The notes under the pieces are model-generated. The model saw only the letters and a program-made list of their open reading frames with translations. It was not told the DNA's origin and searched no databases. The position numbers and the translations under genes are program-made. A stretch of DNA of 63,173 nt, counting the filler, from Octopus bimaculoides (taxonomy: Eukaryota), in the NCBI RefSeq assembly GCF_001194135.2. It is 8 parts of 8 records of this genome, joined end to end, with 100 filler letters (N's around TTAATTAATTAA, not from the genome) between each part and the next. Parts side by side here need not be neighbours in the genome. Positions count along the whole stretch, not along the records: positions 1 to 6,717 come from NC_068985.1; positions 6,818 to 12,401 come from NC_068982.1; 6 more parts are not named here. One strand, written 5' to 3'. Below, in pieces: positions 1-10,783 of the stretch. How positions within the stretch are numbered: the stretch's first letter is position 1; every line of letters starts with the position of its first letter.

Positions 1-129
1 TATTTGACATGAGTGTTTTTGTTTCACTTTTGACACGTAATACTTAAATAGTGGAGGAGATATTATGTTGCCGTGTGCTCGAACTCTGCAAGAAGTTAAT
101 AATTTTTTTGACTAAAACACAACTGGAAC

Positions 130-228
130 CCTAAAGCATGTGTAAAATTTGAATGAAATTGGTTGCGTAGTTCTCGAGTTTCAGGGATTCACACAGACAG
201 ACAGACAGACAGACAGACACACATTCTC

Positions 229-245
<17 letters not shown>
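130..245 (+). mobile_element. Terminal fragment of a Helitron/Helentron-like non-autonomous element with an internal (GACA)n microsatellite
   Basis: TGTAAAATTTGAATGAAATTGGTTGCGTAGTTCTCGAGTT-(CAGA)n-CACATTCTCATTTATATATA. This layout resembles the ends of invertebrate DINE-1/Lep1/MINE-type elements. Recognised by pattern only. Confidence 0.5.
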
Positions 246-266
<21 letters not shown>

Positions 267-321
267 GTATATACACATGTATATACACATACACACACAT
301 ATATATGTATATACACATACA

Positions 322-1198
322 TATGTGGTCTGATCAATAAGTATCCGGACTGTTGCGATATTAACGAAGCTAAAGCCCACAGAATAAAGCTGCTCAGCAC
401 AGATTGATCTTGAACCCCTCTGTGCATGCACACTAAGTTTTAACATTCTAGCTTACTTCCGCTGTTTACAGCAATGGTTGGAAGTAACATGTGTAGCTAA
501 GTTCATTGCACTGATTATGACAAAGAAAGTCGAGCAGAGAATCTACAACAAATTTTGCCAAAAGCTTGGTGATACCTGCTCAGAGGCCTGCACAAAGTTT
601 TCAGAAAGTTTTCATTGTTCTCAACACAATCAAGGAGATTTTGTACAAGTCTCATTCTGGTCAGCTAAAAGCAGTTTTGGCACAAACTTGACAGACACAC
701 ATCTCATACCCAAATCTTCAGTGATAATGGACTGAACAGAAGAAGTAAATAATCGGCACATCCTCTGATAACTCACGGATGGTGATTTGACGATTTCCTC
801 TCACAACTGCATGCACATCTGTGATGTTTTTTCTCAGTTCTGCTGGTTGCAGGTCTCCCAGAACATTCATCACTATCAACATTTTTCAGCGATCTTGGAA
901 ACATCTGAACCACTCATACACTTGTGTGCAGCTCATACACTCCTCTCCATACGCTTTCTGCAACTTTGCGCAGGCCTCTGAACAGGTATCGCCATGAAAA
1001 CTTTCTCTGTTATGGTCAATGTGATGATCACATATTACACACGTTACTCAGAAGCACTGCAATAAACAACAGAAGTGAGCTAGAACATTAAAACTTAGTG
1101 CACATGCACAGCAGAGATCAAGGTCAATCATTGCCAAGTGGTTTCATTCTGCGTGCTTTAGCTTCATTGCTACGGCAACAGTCCAGATACTTGTTGAT
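322..1198. mobile_element. Non-autonomous fold-back mariner derivative (two inverted 5' ends of a mariner)
   Basis: Left TIR TA-TGTGGTCTGATCAATAAGTATCCGGACT. 950-1198 is the reverse complement of about 331-610. Both arms encode a decayed mariner transposase N-terminus (MTKKVEQRIYNKFCQKLGDTCSEA; minus-strand YGEECMS..QVYEWF). Confidence 0.85.
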
Positions 1199-1327
1199 GT
1201 GAGTTTGTCTGTGTTAAGTACATCCCAAAGATAGAGCCTTGCCTCTTTGTTGGAAACTGGCTCCCTCCTCAGTGGAAAATTTATAATAATTAAAAAATAG
1301 AAGATATACATACATAAATACATATAT

Positions 1328-1658
1328 GGCTGATGCTGGTATCATGTAACTGGCACCCATGCCAGTGGCACATAAAAAGAACCTTTCAAGTGTTGGGCCT
1401 CATGGAGGCAATGTGGCTGATGCTGGTGTTATGTAACTTAGCACCTGCACCAGTGTTGCATAACTAGAACTTCTGCCAGTGGCACATAAAAAGCACCTTT
1501 GAAGCATTGGGCCTCACAGAGGCAATGATAGATGACCAACACCTTCAGCGATATGGTGTAACTGAGTAAAGTAGAAAACCCAACCAGTCAAGTAAAATCA
1601 TAGTTGTGACAGATACTGGTGTCATGTAACTGGCACCCATGCCAGTGGCACATAAAAA
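1328..1658 (+). mobile_element. Tandem fragments of an RTE-tail/SINE-associated repeat
   Basis: The motif TGGCACCCATGCCAGTGGCACATAAAAA recurs at about 1351, 1475 (partial) and 1631, separated by related ~60-130 bp units. Confidence 0.55.
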
Positions 1659-1659
1659 C

Positions 1660-2172
1660 TTGGCAGACATACATCTCATACCCAAATCTTCAGGGATAAT
1701 GGACTGAACTGAACACTAACTAATTTGCAGATCCTCATGGATGGTGATTCGATGATTTCCCCTCACAGCTACATGCACATCTGAAATATTTTTCTCAGTT
1801 CTGCTGGTTGTGGATCTCCCAGAATGTTTGTCACTATTGACATTTTTTGGGGCCATCTTGGAAACATCTGAACCACTCGTACACTTGTGTGTGGATCATA
1901 CACTCCTCTCCATACTTTTTCTGCAAATATGCATAGGCCTCTTGGCAGATATCACCATGACAATTTTCTCTGTCATGGTCAATGCAACGATCACATTCTA
2001 CACATGTTCCTTCCAAGCACTGCTGTAAACAGCAGAAGTGAATTACAATGTTAAAACTTAGTGCACATGCAGAGCACAGGCCAAGATCAATCTGTGCCAA
2101 GCAGCTTCATTCTGCATACTTTAGCTTCGTTACTATGGCAAAAGTCCAGATACTCATTGATCATAACACATA
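1660..2172 (-). mobile_element. Truncated second copy of the fold-back mariner derivative
   Basis: Colinear with 690-1198. Minus frame reads QKKYGEECMIHTQVYEWFRCFQDG. Ends in TIR ...AGTCCAGATACTCATTGATCATAACACA-TA. Confidence 0.85.
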
Positions 2173-2619
2173 ATGTTTACTTACAAACGTCACATGATGT
2201 TGAGACAAATGTGCAGACAAACCCTCCCCACAAACACACACATGCATATATGAATACATACATACATAATATATGTGTGTGTGTCTGTGTGCATAAAACA
2301 ATAACATGAGACTTGAGTCTACAGTCGACTATGGAATACGTGTCATAAGTGTACCCCTGTGTGACATTGCATACACATTGTGTACTTGGTCAGTACTTGT
2401 GAATGTGCATATAACTGGGGAGACAAATCCATTTTTACTTCAATAAGTACATGTGTGCCTGTATACATTGTTAGTGCACAGGTGTGCTATCCCCTACTCT
2501 GCCTTGGTGCCTTTACTATTTAAATACCTTGACTCTATTGGATCTTGAAAATTTTATATATATGCATACATACATACATATATATACACACATATATATA
2601 TGTGTGTGTGTGTGTGTAA

Positions 2620-2767
2620 TAAATTTTTAGTTTCTGTCAATGAAAACCACTCACGAGCTTTGGTTAACCTGGCGCTATAATGGAAAACATTTGCCCATAG
2701 TATTACGTTGCATGGGACTAAACCCAAAACCACATGGTTAGAAAGCAAGTGCCTTAACCACACAGCC
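2620..2767 (-). mobile_element. tRNA-derived SINE, family B (CORE-like), 5' part
   Basis: Reverse complement GGCTGTGTGGTTAAGGCACTTGCTTTCTAACCATGTGGTTTTGGGTTTAGTCCCA...ATGGGCAAATGTTTTCC. Homologous to the full copy at 19203-19578. Confidence 0.75.
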
Positions 2768-2813
2768 TACTTTATATATGTGTATATATATATACATACA
2801 TACATATATATAT

Positions 2814-5800
2814 TGTTTTCGTTCCAGCACACGATCTCAGATCAGGTCACTTGCTATGCAAGTACATCTCCATAATTCCAAAAGCTTGAGCCAGGCTACC
2901 AAAACTCTGAGAAAAGCCGTTACTTGTTGCTTGAGAAAAATAACAGCTAAGCAACAACTTCATTTCATTAGACACTGCATCTCACTGAAGGTTTACCCGA
3001 AAGGAATTCACAAAACGGTCGAAGCACTAAACCTAAAGAAAGGACAATCGTCGAGACTAAAACATATCTTAATGAAGAACCTGAAATCCAAACTATATAT
3101 ACACCTTGCCACTAAAGAAAAGGAAAAGCGGGAATCCCTCGCTAGATAATCAAGAAATGAAACAATTAAAAGAACTAATCCGTCGCGAATGTAACTCCGT
3201 ATGGAACAGGTGCGTACAACATTTTGAAGAGAAACTAACGTGGACGATACAACTACCTTACAACCACCCAACAACTAAACAATTTAACATGACTGAATCG
3301 ATTGATGGGATCTCCATGAATGACAAAACCGTAGACGATGACCAACTAACAAGAAACGTAAGAGTGTACGGAGGAGTACAACTGGATACAGATGAACTCA
3401 CTGCCCAAGAACTCCCTCCAAAGTTCGCCATATATAATAATGTTAGTAAAATATCAATACTATCAGACATTGAGAAATGCTTCACCAAACTAAGATGGAG
3501 AACACACTTTAACCACAACCTAAATCCTGACATTCATAACATATCTGACAATAACCATCCCATACGTTGTTTCTATGATAAACGCAACATGTCATTTGAC
3601 ATGAAAAGGGTCTGCCCTACCAACTTACCTTTCAACAAAAGAGTATGCATGCCACCCTATGCTGACGCTGCTTTAGAAGCAAAGTTTACCATTACTAAGT
3701 CCAAACTCCTGTCTGCTTTATCTGATTACACCCAAAGGCATAAACAAAAACGAACAAAAAATAAGACCCATGATCTTGACACTAAAATTAAGAAAGGCCT
3801 TAACAAATTAAAATATCGTATCAAAAATAGAGAGATTGTATGCTTTCCGACTGACAAATCAGGTAGAATGTCTGTTGACAACCTATCTAATTATATTCCG
3901 AATATGCAACCACACATCAGTGACATGACAGAAACAACAACACTCGTATACACTGAAAATGAAAAAGTCCTTAATGCACACATGGGGATGTGGAGTATCA
4001 TTCTCCAGTCTGAAAAACGTACGGCCAACAATTTCATAACCACCAACAATGAAATTCCACCCCTCTATGGCTTTCGAAAAGATCATAAAAACTACACAGA
4101 TAATGTACTTGGGCCACCTACCAGGCCTGTTTGTGGTGCCAACAATGCGAACAACCACAAAATATCATTTTTTCTCTCACAATTCCTACGACCCTTAATA
4201 GAATTATCTGCAGATGTATGTGATAGTACTGAAGACCTCCTTAGCAGGATCCGTGAATGCAACAACACATGTGACCTCAGTGACCACATCGTAGGTAGCA
4301 TGGATGTGGTATCACTGTATCCTTCTATTGATGTGGACTTTGCTACCAACAAATGTATAGAAATAATTTGTGAGAGTCATATGGGATCTATTTTAAAACG
4401 GGGGCCACAGTATTTTCTTAACGAAACACTTTGAAACTTGGAACACTGGTAGAATGTGTCATATAAAACATCTTTTTCTTTTAGTCTTCTTAAAAAAAAA
4501 GAAATCCCTAAGTTATTCCATGTTAAAGTTGTCGTNNNNNNNNNNNNNNNNNNNNNNNNNNNNNNNNNNNNNNNNNNNNNNNNNNNNNNNNNNNNNNNNN
4601 NNNNNNNNNNNNNNNNNNNNNNNNNNNNNNNNNNNNNNNNNNNNNNNNNNNNNNNNNNNNNNNNNNNNNNNNNNNNNNNNNNNNNNNNNNNNNNNNNNNN
4701 NNNNNNNNNNNNNNNNNNNNNNNNNNNNNNNNNNNNNNNNNNNNNNNNNNNNNNNNNNNNNNNNNNNNNNNNNNNNNNNNNNNNNNNNNNNNNNNNNNNN
4801 NNNNNNNNNNNNNNNNNNNNNNNNNNNNNNNNNNNNNNNNNNNNNNNNNNNNNNNNNNNNNNNNNNNNNNNNNNNNNNNNNNNNNNNNNNNNNNNNNNNN
4901 NNNNNNNNNNNNNNNNNNNNNNNNNNNNNNNNNNNNNNNNNNNNNNNNNNNNNNNNNNNNNNNNNNNNNNNNNNNNNNNNNNNNNNNNNNNNNNNNNNNN
5001 NNNNNNNNNNNNNNNNNNNNNNNNNNNNNNNNNNNNNNNNNNNNNNNNNNNNNNNNNNNNNNNNNNNNNNNNNNNNNNNNNNNNNNNNNNNNNNNNNNNN
5101 NNNNNNNNNNNNNNNNNNNNNNNNNNNNNNNNNNNNNNNNNNNNNNNNNNNNNNNNNNNNNNNNNNNNNNNNNNNNNNNNNNNNNNNNNNNNNNNNNNNN
5201 NNNNNNNNNNNNNNNNNNNNNNNNNNNNNNNNNNNNNNNNNNNNNNNNNNNNNNNNNNNNNNNNNNNNNNNNNNNNNNNNNNNNNNNNNNNNNNNNNNNN
5301 NNNNNNNNNNNNNNNNNNNNNNNNNNNNNNNNNNNNNNNNNNNNNNNNNNNNNNNNNNNNNNNNNNNNNNNNNNNNNNNNNNNNNNNNNNNNNNNNNNNN
5401 NNNTTTTTTTTAAAGAAGACTAAGAGAAAAAGATGTTTTATATGACACATTCTACCAGTGTTCCAAGTTTCAAAGTGTTTCGTTAATGAAAACTGTGGCC
5501 CCCGTTTTAAAAAAGATCCCAAAATAGATAAGTATACGAAGTTTGAAAGTCTTTCGGTACCAAAAACAGTACGTAAAACATTAATGAAAACTGTGGCCCC
5601 CGTTTTAAAATAGATCCGTGATATGATTTTTAAGAATGTGGATGTATATGAACTAGGCCTCTTCCTGACCCTGACTTGTTCCAATGAATACCTGTCACGG
5701 AATAACCTTGCGTATGCTTGTCCCACCCGCAACAAACGAGGTAGACCACCTACCATTATCTCAGCATACAAAAAGACCCGCTGTGAACGCTGGCATGGCT

Positions 5801-6717
5801 GGACGAAACCAAACCACCCACCTTCAGATGCACACGACATCAGAATTACTATCGCACACGCTATTGGTGTTAGCCTAAGAACCACACTTAAAAATCATAT
5901 TTTTAAGTTCAACAACAAACTGTATAAACAGGAGAAAGGCGGTGCTATTGGAGTAGGGATCGCCGGTGATGTTGCTAACCTCTTCATGGTATGGTGGGAC
6001 AGAAATTTTAAACAGTGCTTAGCGACCCGTAACATCCACTTAGCTATGTACTCTCGATGCGTTGACGACATTAACCTTGTCGTGAAATGTAATAATGATA
6101 CAAATACACATACAGATATGAACACTCCACTAAATGAGGAACAGGTGATGACAGCTATACAACACATAGCTGACTCTATCCATAGCAGTATAAAGGTTAC
6201 CGTAGACTACCCCTCAAAACACCCCAGTAATAGGTTACCAGTCCTAGATACTGAGCTATGGATAGAAAATACTATAATTGATGGAACTGTTAAACACTGT
6301 CTTCTCCACTCACACTACTATAAACCTATGCCTGATCCACTGGTAATCCGTAGTGACTCTGCGATGTCAAGTACTGCCAAGATCAACATCCTCGTAACAG
6401 ACTTAGAGTAATGAGGAATGTATCCCCACTATGCCAACCACAGGAACGACAACAACACATCCAGCACTATATATTCCGAATGCAACGTTCCGGATACATA
6501 CAGCATGATAGAATCAGGGTGTACAATGGAGCAAAAACAAAATTCGAACGCATCCTAAGAGATGATGAAAACGGTACATGCCCCCTATACCGCAACAAGT
6601 TCTGGAAGAGGTTAGAGAGGGACGCCAACAAAAGAAATAAGAACGACACTTGGTATGATAACAAGAAGTTTCACAGTGTAATGTTTGTTGATGCTACACC
6701 TAAGAACATATTAAGTA
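2814..6717 (+). mobile_element. Penelope-like retroelement (Neptune/Poseidon-like RT), frameshifted and interrupted
   Basis: Putative ATG at 2856 (MQVHLHN). RT-region motifs: FPTDKSGRM, PPLYGFRKDHK, PPTRPVCGA, GSMDVVSLYPSID (to 4375); after the insertion, FKFNNKLYKQEKGGAIG, SRCVDD, DYPSKHPSNRLPVLDTELW, HYYKPM, RMQRSGY. Frameshifts near 3140 and 6410. Starts directly after (TA)n. Confidence 0.9.
4384..5617. mobile_element. Non-autonomous DNA transposon with GG...CC TIRs and 8-bp TSD (Merlin-type candidate), inserted in the PLE RT
   Basis: Left end GGATCTATTTTAAAACGGGGGCCACAGT; right end ACTGTGGCCCCCGTTTTAAAATAGATCC. Flanks GTCATATG (4376-4383) and GTGATATG (5618-5625). Removing it restores the RT frame ICES-DMIFKN. 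Interior is mostly N. Confidence 0.8.
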
Positions 6718-6761
6718 NNNNNNNNNNNNNNNNNNNNNNNNNNNNNNNNNNNNNNNNNNNN

Positions 6762-6773
6762 TTAATTAATTAA
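6762..6773. other. Assembly gap linker TTAATTAATTAA (44 N + 12 + 44 N = 100 bp); also at 12446, 15301, 36944, 56176, 58446, 61667
   Basis: The same 12-mer with stops in all six frames is centred in seven gaps; flank sizes were counted as 44 N each at the first. Confidence 0.95.
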
Positions 6774-6817
6774 NNNNNNNNNNNNNNNNNNNNNNNNNNN
6801 NNNNNNNNNNNNNNNNN

Positions 6818-7651
6818 TGGGTTCCACATGCTTTAAGTGACAACAACAAAAATCAACGAGCCACAATCTCCGCTGGTTTGCTTGCTTGTCACCGCTCAAC
6901 TCATGGACACAAGCAACGATTTCTTTACCGAATCGTTACTGGCAATGAAAAATGGTACCTGTACATCAATATGAAGCAGCGTAAGGAATGGCTTAGTCCC
7001 GGTAAACAAGCGACACCACGCGTGAAACAAGATCTTCATCCGCGTAAAACGATGTTGTGCGTATGGTGGGACTGGGATGGGATTATTCATTACGAATTGC
7101 TTGAACGGAACCAAACGGTCAACGCGGAACTCTATCTTCAACAGATGGAACGACTCAACACGGCTATTCAAGAGAAAAGACCTAATCGGCAGCATGGAGT
7201 TCTGCTGCATGACAACGCCCGCCCTCATATCGCCAATATGACCAAAGAAGTCATTCAAGCGCATGGCTGGAAAGTGCTGCCACACCCGCTGTACTCTCCT
7301 GATTTGGCACCAACAAATTTCCACCTCTTTCGATCTCTTTCAAATGCTATGTGCGGAGTTTNNNNNNNNNNTGGCACCAACAAATTTCCACCTCTTTCGA
7401 TCTCTTTCAAATGCTATGTGCGGAGTTTCGTTCAATACTGATGCAGAATTGAGAGCCTGGTTGGATCAATTTTTTGAGCCGAAATCGGGTGATTTCTACC
7501 AACGAGGTATTGAAAATCTTGTTGAATGTTGGGAAGAGGTTGTAAACAACAAGGGTGAATACGTTATTGATTAATTAGTTGTTATTTTTTATTAAACCTT
7601 TTTAAAAAATTTAAATTTAAAAAAACCGCGGGAATTTAGTTGCCGACCCAA
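6818..7651 (+). mobile_element. Mariner (Tc1/mariner DD34D family) transposase C-terminal part plus 3' TIR, inactive
   Basis: WVPHAL at 6818, IVTGNEKW, KTMLCVWWD, LHDNARPH, HPLYSPDLAPTNFHLFRSL, stop at 7574. The 3' end reads GGAATTTAGTTGCCGACCCAA. Confidence 0.92.
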
Positions 7652-7692
7652 CACATCTATGAGCGAAATGTAAACTTTATAACTTACAAGCA

Positions 7693-7803
7693 TGTCACCT
7701 GATGAGGTTTCTTCTGCACTGTGGGGGTGCATTCGATTCCATTATATCATGCCCCACCCACTAGGTAGCTGTGCAGAAGTATGCGGAAACGATCGTTGTG
7801 ATA
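7693..7803 (+). ncRNA. Type I hammerhead ribozyme-like motif in a PLE pseudo-LTR
   Basis: Helix I TGTCAC/GTGATA. Core CTGATGA at 7699-7705. Long helix II with CTTCTGCAC/GTGCAGAAG. GAAAC at 7786-7790, palindromic GATC loop, GTT cleavage triplet, then AATAAA at 7804. The helix II closing pair is imperfect. Confidence 0.7.
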
Positions 7804-7988
7804 AATAAAGTTTCCAGTACATTCTGTGTTCCGTATCAATCATTTAGAATATACTCAGCATGCACAGAGTAATTCCTAACGTAGATCCTACGACCAGACG
7901 ATGACGTCTGGTAGCCGTAAGTGGTGAACGTACTCTACCGACACACTTACTAGGGACATAAGGCTTGGATGCTAAATTTAAATTATAA

Positions 7989-8026
<38 letters not shown>

Positions 8027-8067
8027 NNNNNNNNNNNNNNNNNNNNNNNNNNNNNNNNNNNNNNNNN

Positions 8068-8127
<60 letters not shown>

Positions 8128-8268
8128 CAGAGGCATTAAACTTCAAACTGTCTGAAGAAGACTTGCTGGTTGAAAACTCAAAGACTCTATCACCTTTCTT
8201 ATAAATTCTAATAAAAATGTTCTCAGCTATAAAAAAAAATGAGTAATCCTTCGGTGTAATTTTCAGTT

Positions 8269-8303
<35 letters not shown>

Positions 8304-8434
8304 TATGTGCACACATCATAGTAAAAATATACTGATATCGAATATTTTGAATATTTGGTAAGAAGAAAATATGGTTCCTTTCATATTGATATTGTCTACC
8401 TTAATATCAGTTGTAAAAGTGTACAGTATATTAC

Positions 8435-8565
8435 CTTCCTTGTATTATTTCTATGACATCTTCCTGAATATTAGCTTTAACTCTGCAGTCAATCAATAAA
8501 TTAAACAGAACTGAGATATAGAAGACGGCTTTTATTGATGCTTCTTGCCAACGGATCCGCTTCAT
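8435..8565 (-). CDS. Candidate first coding exon of a secreted or type I membrane protein (exon 8435-8570)
   Basis: Acceptor TTTTTCTCTTAATTTGCAG|GGAAAATG. Open frame MKRIRWQEASIKAVFYISVLFNLLIDCRVKANIQEDVIEIIQG with a phase-2 donor AG|GTAATA. Basic N-region, hydrophobic core and a V-K-A cleavage-like site. Lies in non-repetitive sequence. Confidence 0.55.
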
Positions 8566-10059
8566 TTTCCCTGCAAATTAAGAGAAAAAGATAATTGTTA
8601 GGTTATTTAGCCATGATCAAAACAGTTATAATAATGATCATTTAGTTTTTTTTATTAGCATAACTATGACTACATTATCGATGTCCTACTTTTTCTAAAG
8701 AGAATATGGTGTGAACCAGGTAAGAATTGGTTGCTATTTCTAGCATGTACAACAGCTACATAAAATATTCCTTCTTAAGTCGTTTCCACATATTGGCTGG
8801 GGTAAAAATATTGTAAATCTAATATGTGAACAAATCTACCATATACTGTAGGCATATCCGTGTTCTACTTTAATAAAAATCGGTGGTTATATTTGTAGGA
8901 AACCCCTAAAGAATAAAAAGAAAGACACCATGGTAAAATTGTGTTAATATATATGTGTGCTGAAAGTGAAATGGGTCTATATGGAAATTCTGACTTGTAT
9001 TAAGCGAATAACTAATAAATAATTCCTGAAACGAAGTTCTTTAACATGAATACATCGTAGCTGGAAAGGAATAACGTAAAACCTTTATATAAACCAAGTG
9101 AAAACGTCCAATCTGCCACGAGAATATTTTGCAATGTGTATAGATTTTTTTTATTGACTGAAAATATAACTAAAACATTCACTGAATCATTTCGTTTAAT
9201 ATACCCAAAAGAGCGACATCACAAATATGAGCGTAAAGGTTAATATGTTGGACATTAAAATTGCAGATGACATTTTCTTTTACAGTCTTATATTTTATTT
9301 GCTTTGGTCAGATTGCCAAATGAGAATAGAAACAATCGAATTTTATTTTCTGTGGGATCCCTGATGTTTAATTTTGTGAGAATTAATACATTTATATATC
9401 TATCATGTCTAAGATGGAAACAGTTTCGTCTGCTAGTCATGTTTCAGTTATATTTTCGCCACACGAAAAACTAAATCTGTGTAAAATAATAAAACTAAGC
9501 ACGAAGGATATTATCTTATTCTGTAACTGATTTTAGTAATAGAACTACAAACATTTGGTACACCGCCTTCAATAGTCTTAGTCATTTATATCAAACCCAA
9601 CAGATGGCCTAGCATCGAAATCTATTTGTTGATTGGTTTAGTTCAACTATCGAATTTCTCCAAACTCATCAACCTATCAAAAATCAATTAAACGGAAAAA
9701 AGGTATATACGTGCATGCGTGCATGAGTAAGTATGTGTGTGTTTCTATGTCGTTGTTGTATGATTCTCGAGTTAGCCTTGATCGACACACATGTAGTCGA
9801 CTGAATAACCAGACGTCATCATGCTTCTGCTGATATTATGACCATACTGCATACTTTAACAGTCAGTGATTACTCATACTAGGTTTTGTGTTGTAGCCTG
9901 GATACATATTCCCCACACAGCCCAATCTGTTTCTGAATGCCTGAATATGTATGTATTTTGATTGAACAAACGGATACTGAAAGAAATTTATGCTGAGTTC
10001 TTTGCAGGAAGTTCTTTGCCTTGCTTCAAAGAAAACTAAAGGCAAACAAGTGTAACCCT

Positions 10060-10212
10060 TTGAAATTACATGTACTACTCATTTTTGGCAGCTAAATAGA
10101 CTGGAGCAACGTAAAATAAATTGCTTTGCTCAAGGACACAACGCGCTGCCGGGAATCGAATTCACTTTACGGTCGTTATCCGAATGCCCTAACCACTAAA
10201 CTCCGTGCTTTC
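10060..10212 (-). mobile_element. tRNA-derived SINE (third family), 5' part
   Basis: Reverse complement shows A/B-box-like TAGTGGTTAGGGCATTCGG...GAATTCGATTCCCGG, then CCTTGAGCAAAGCAATTTATTTTACGTTGCTCCAGTC. Confidence 0.65.
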
Positions 10213-10715
10213 ACTATATATATATATACGTATATATATATNNNNNNNNNNNNNNNNNNNNNNNNNNNNNNNNNNNNNNNNNNNNNNNNNNNNNNNNNNN
10301 NNNNNNNNNNNNNNNNNNNNNNNNNNNNNNNNNNNNNNNNNNNNNNNNNNNNNNNNNNNNNNNNNNNNNNNNNNNNNNNNNNNNNNNNNNNNNNNNNNNN
10401 NNNNNNNNNNNNNNNNNNNNNNNNNNNNNNNNNNNNNNNNNNNNNNNNNNNNNNNNNNNNNNNNNNNNNNNNNNNNNNNNNNNNNNNNNNNNNNNNNNNN
10501 NNNNNNNNNNNNNNNNNNNNNNNNNNNNNNNNNNNNNNNNNNNNNNNNNNNNNNNNNNNNNNNNNNNNNNNNNNNNNNNNNNNNNNNNNNNNNNNNNNNN
10601 NNNNNNNNNNNNNNNNNNNNNNNNNNNNNNNNNNNNNNNAGATATATAATTAACCGTATTTTGTGGCATAAATATCTTAATATTTCTGTGTCTGGGTGGT
10701 GGAGTGAAGCGGGGG

Positions 10716-10781
<66 letters not shown>
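10716..10781. repeat. (GAAA)n microsatellite
   Basis: Perfect tetranucleotide run. Confidence 0.95.

Positions 10782-10783
<2 letters not shown>

Noticed and set aside
2856-6717. Selenoprotein-type (Naiad) PLE
   Set aside because: No N-terminal GIY-YIG and no in-frame TGA pattern; the interruptions are frameshifts, and the related copy has a C-terminal endonuclease.
6762-6773. Recurrent TTAATTAATTAA palindrome (7 copies)
   Set aside because: Always centred in N gaps of about 100 bp and has stops in all six frames: a scaffolding linker, not biology.
7302-7420. ~55-bp direct duplication inside the mariner
   Set aside because: The copies abut an 11-N gap, the typical signature of an unmerged contig overlap.
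8194-8226. 33-nt candidate downstream exon (TATAG|CTGAGA...AAAG|GTGATA, minus strand)
   Set aside because: Joining it to the phase-2 exon at 8435 gives an immediate TGA, and it overlaps a probable repeat end.
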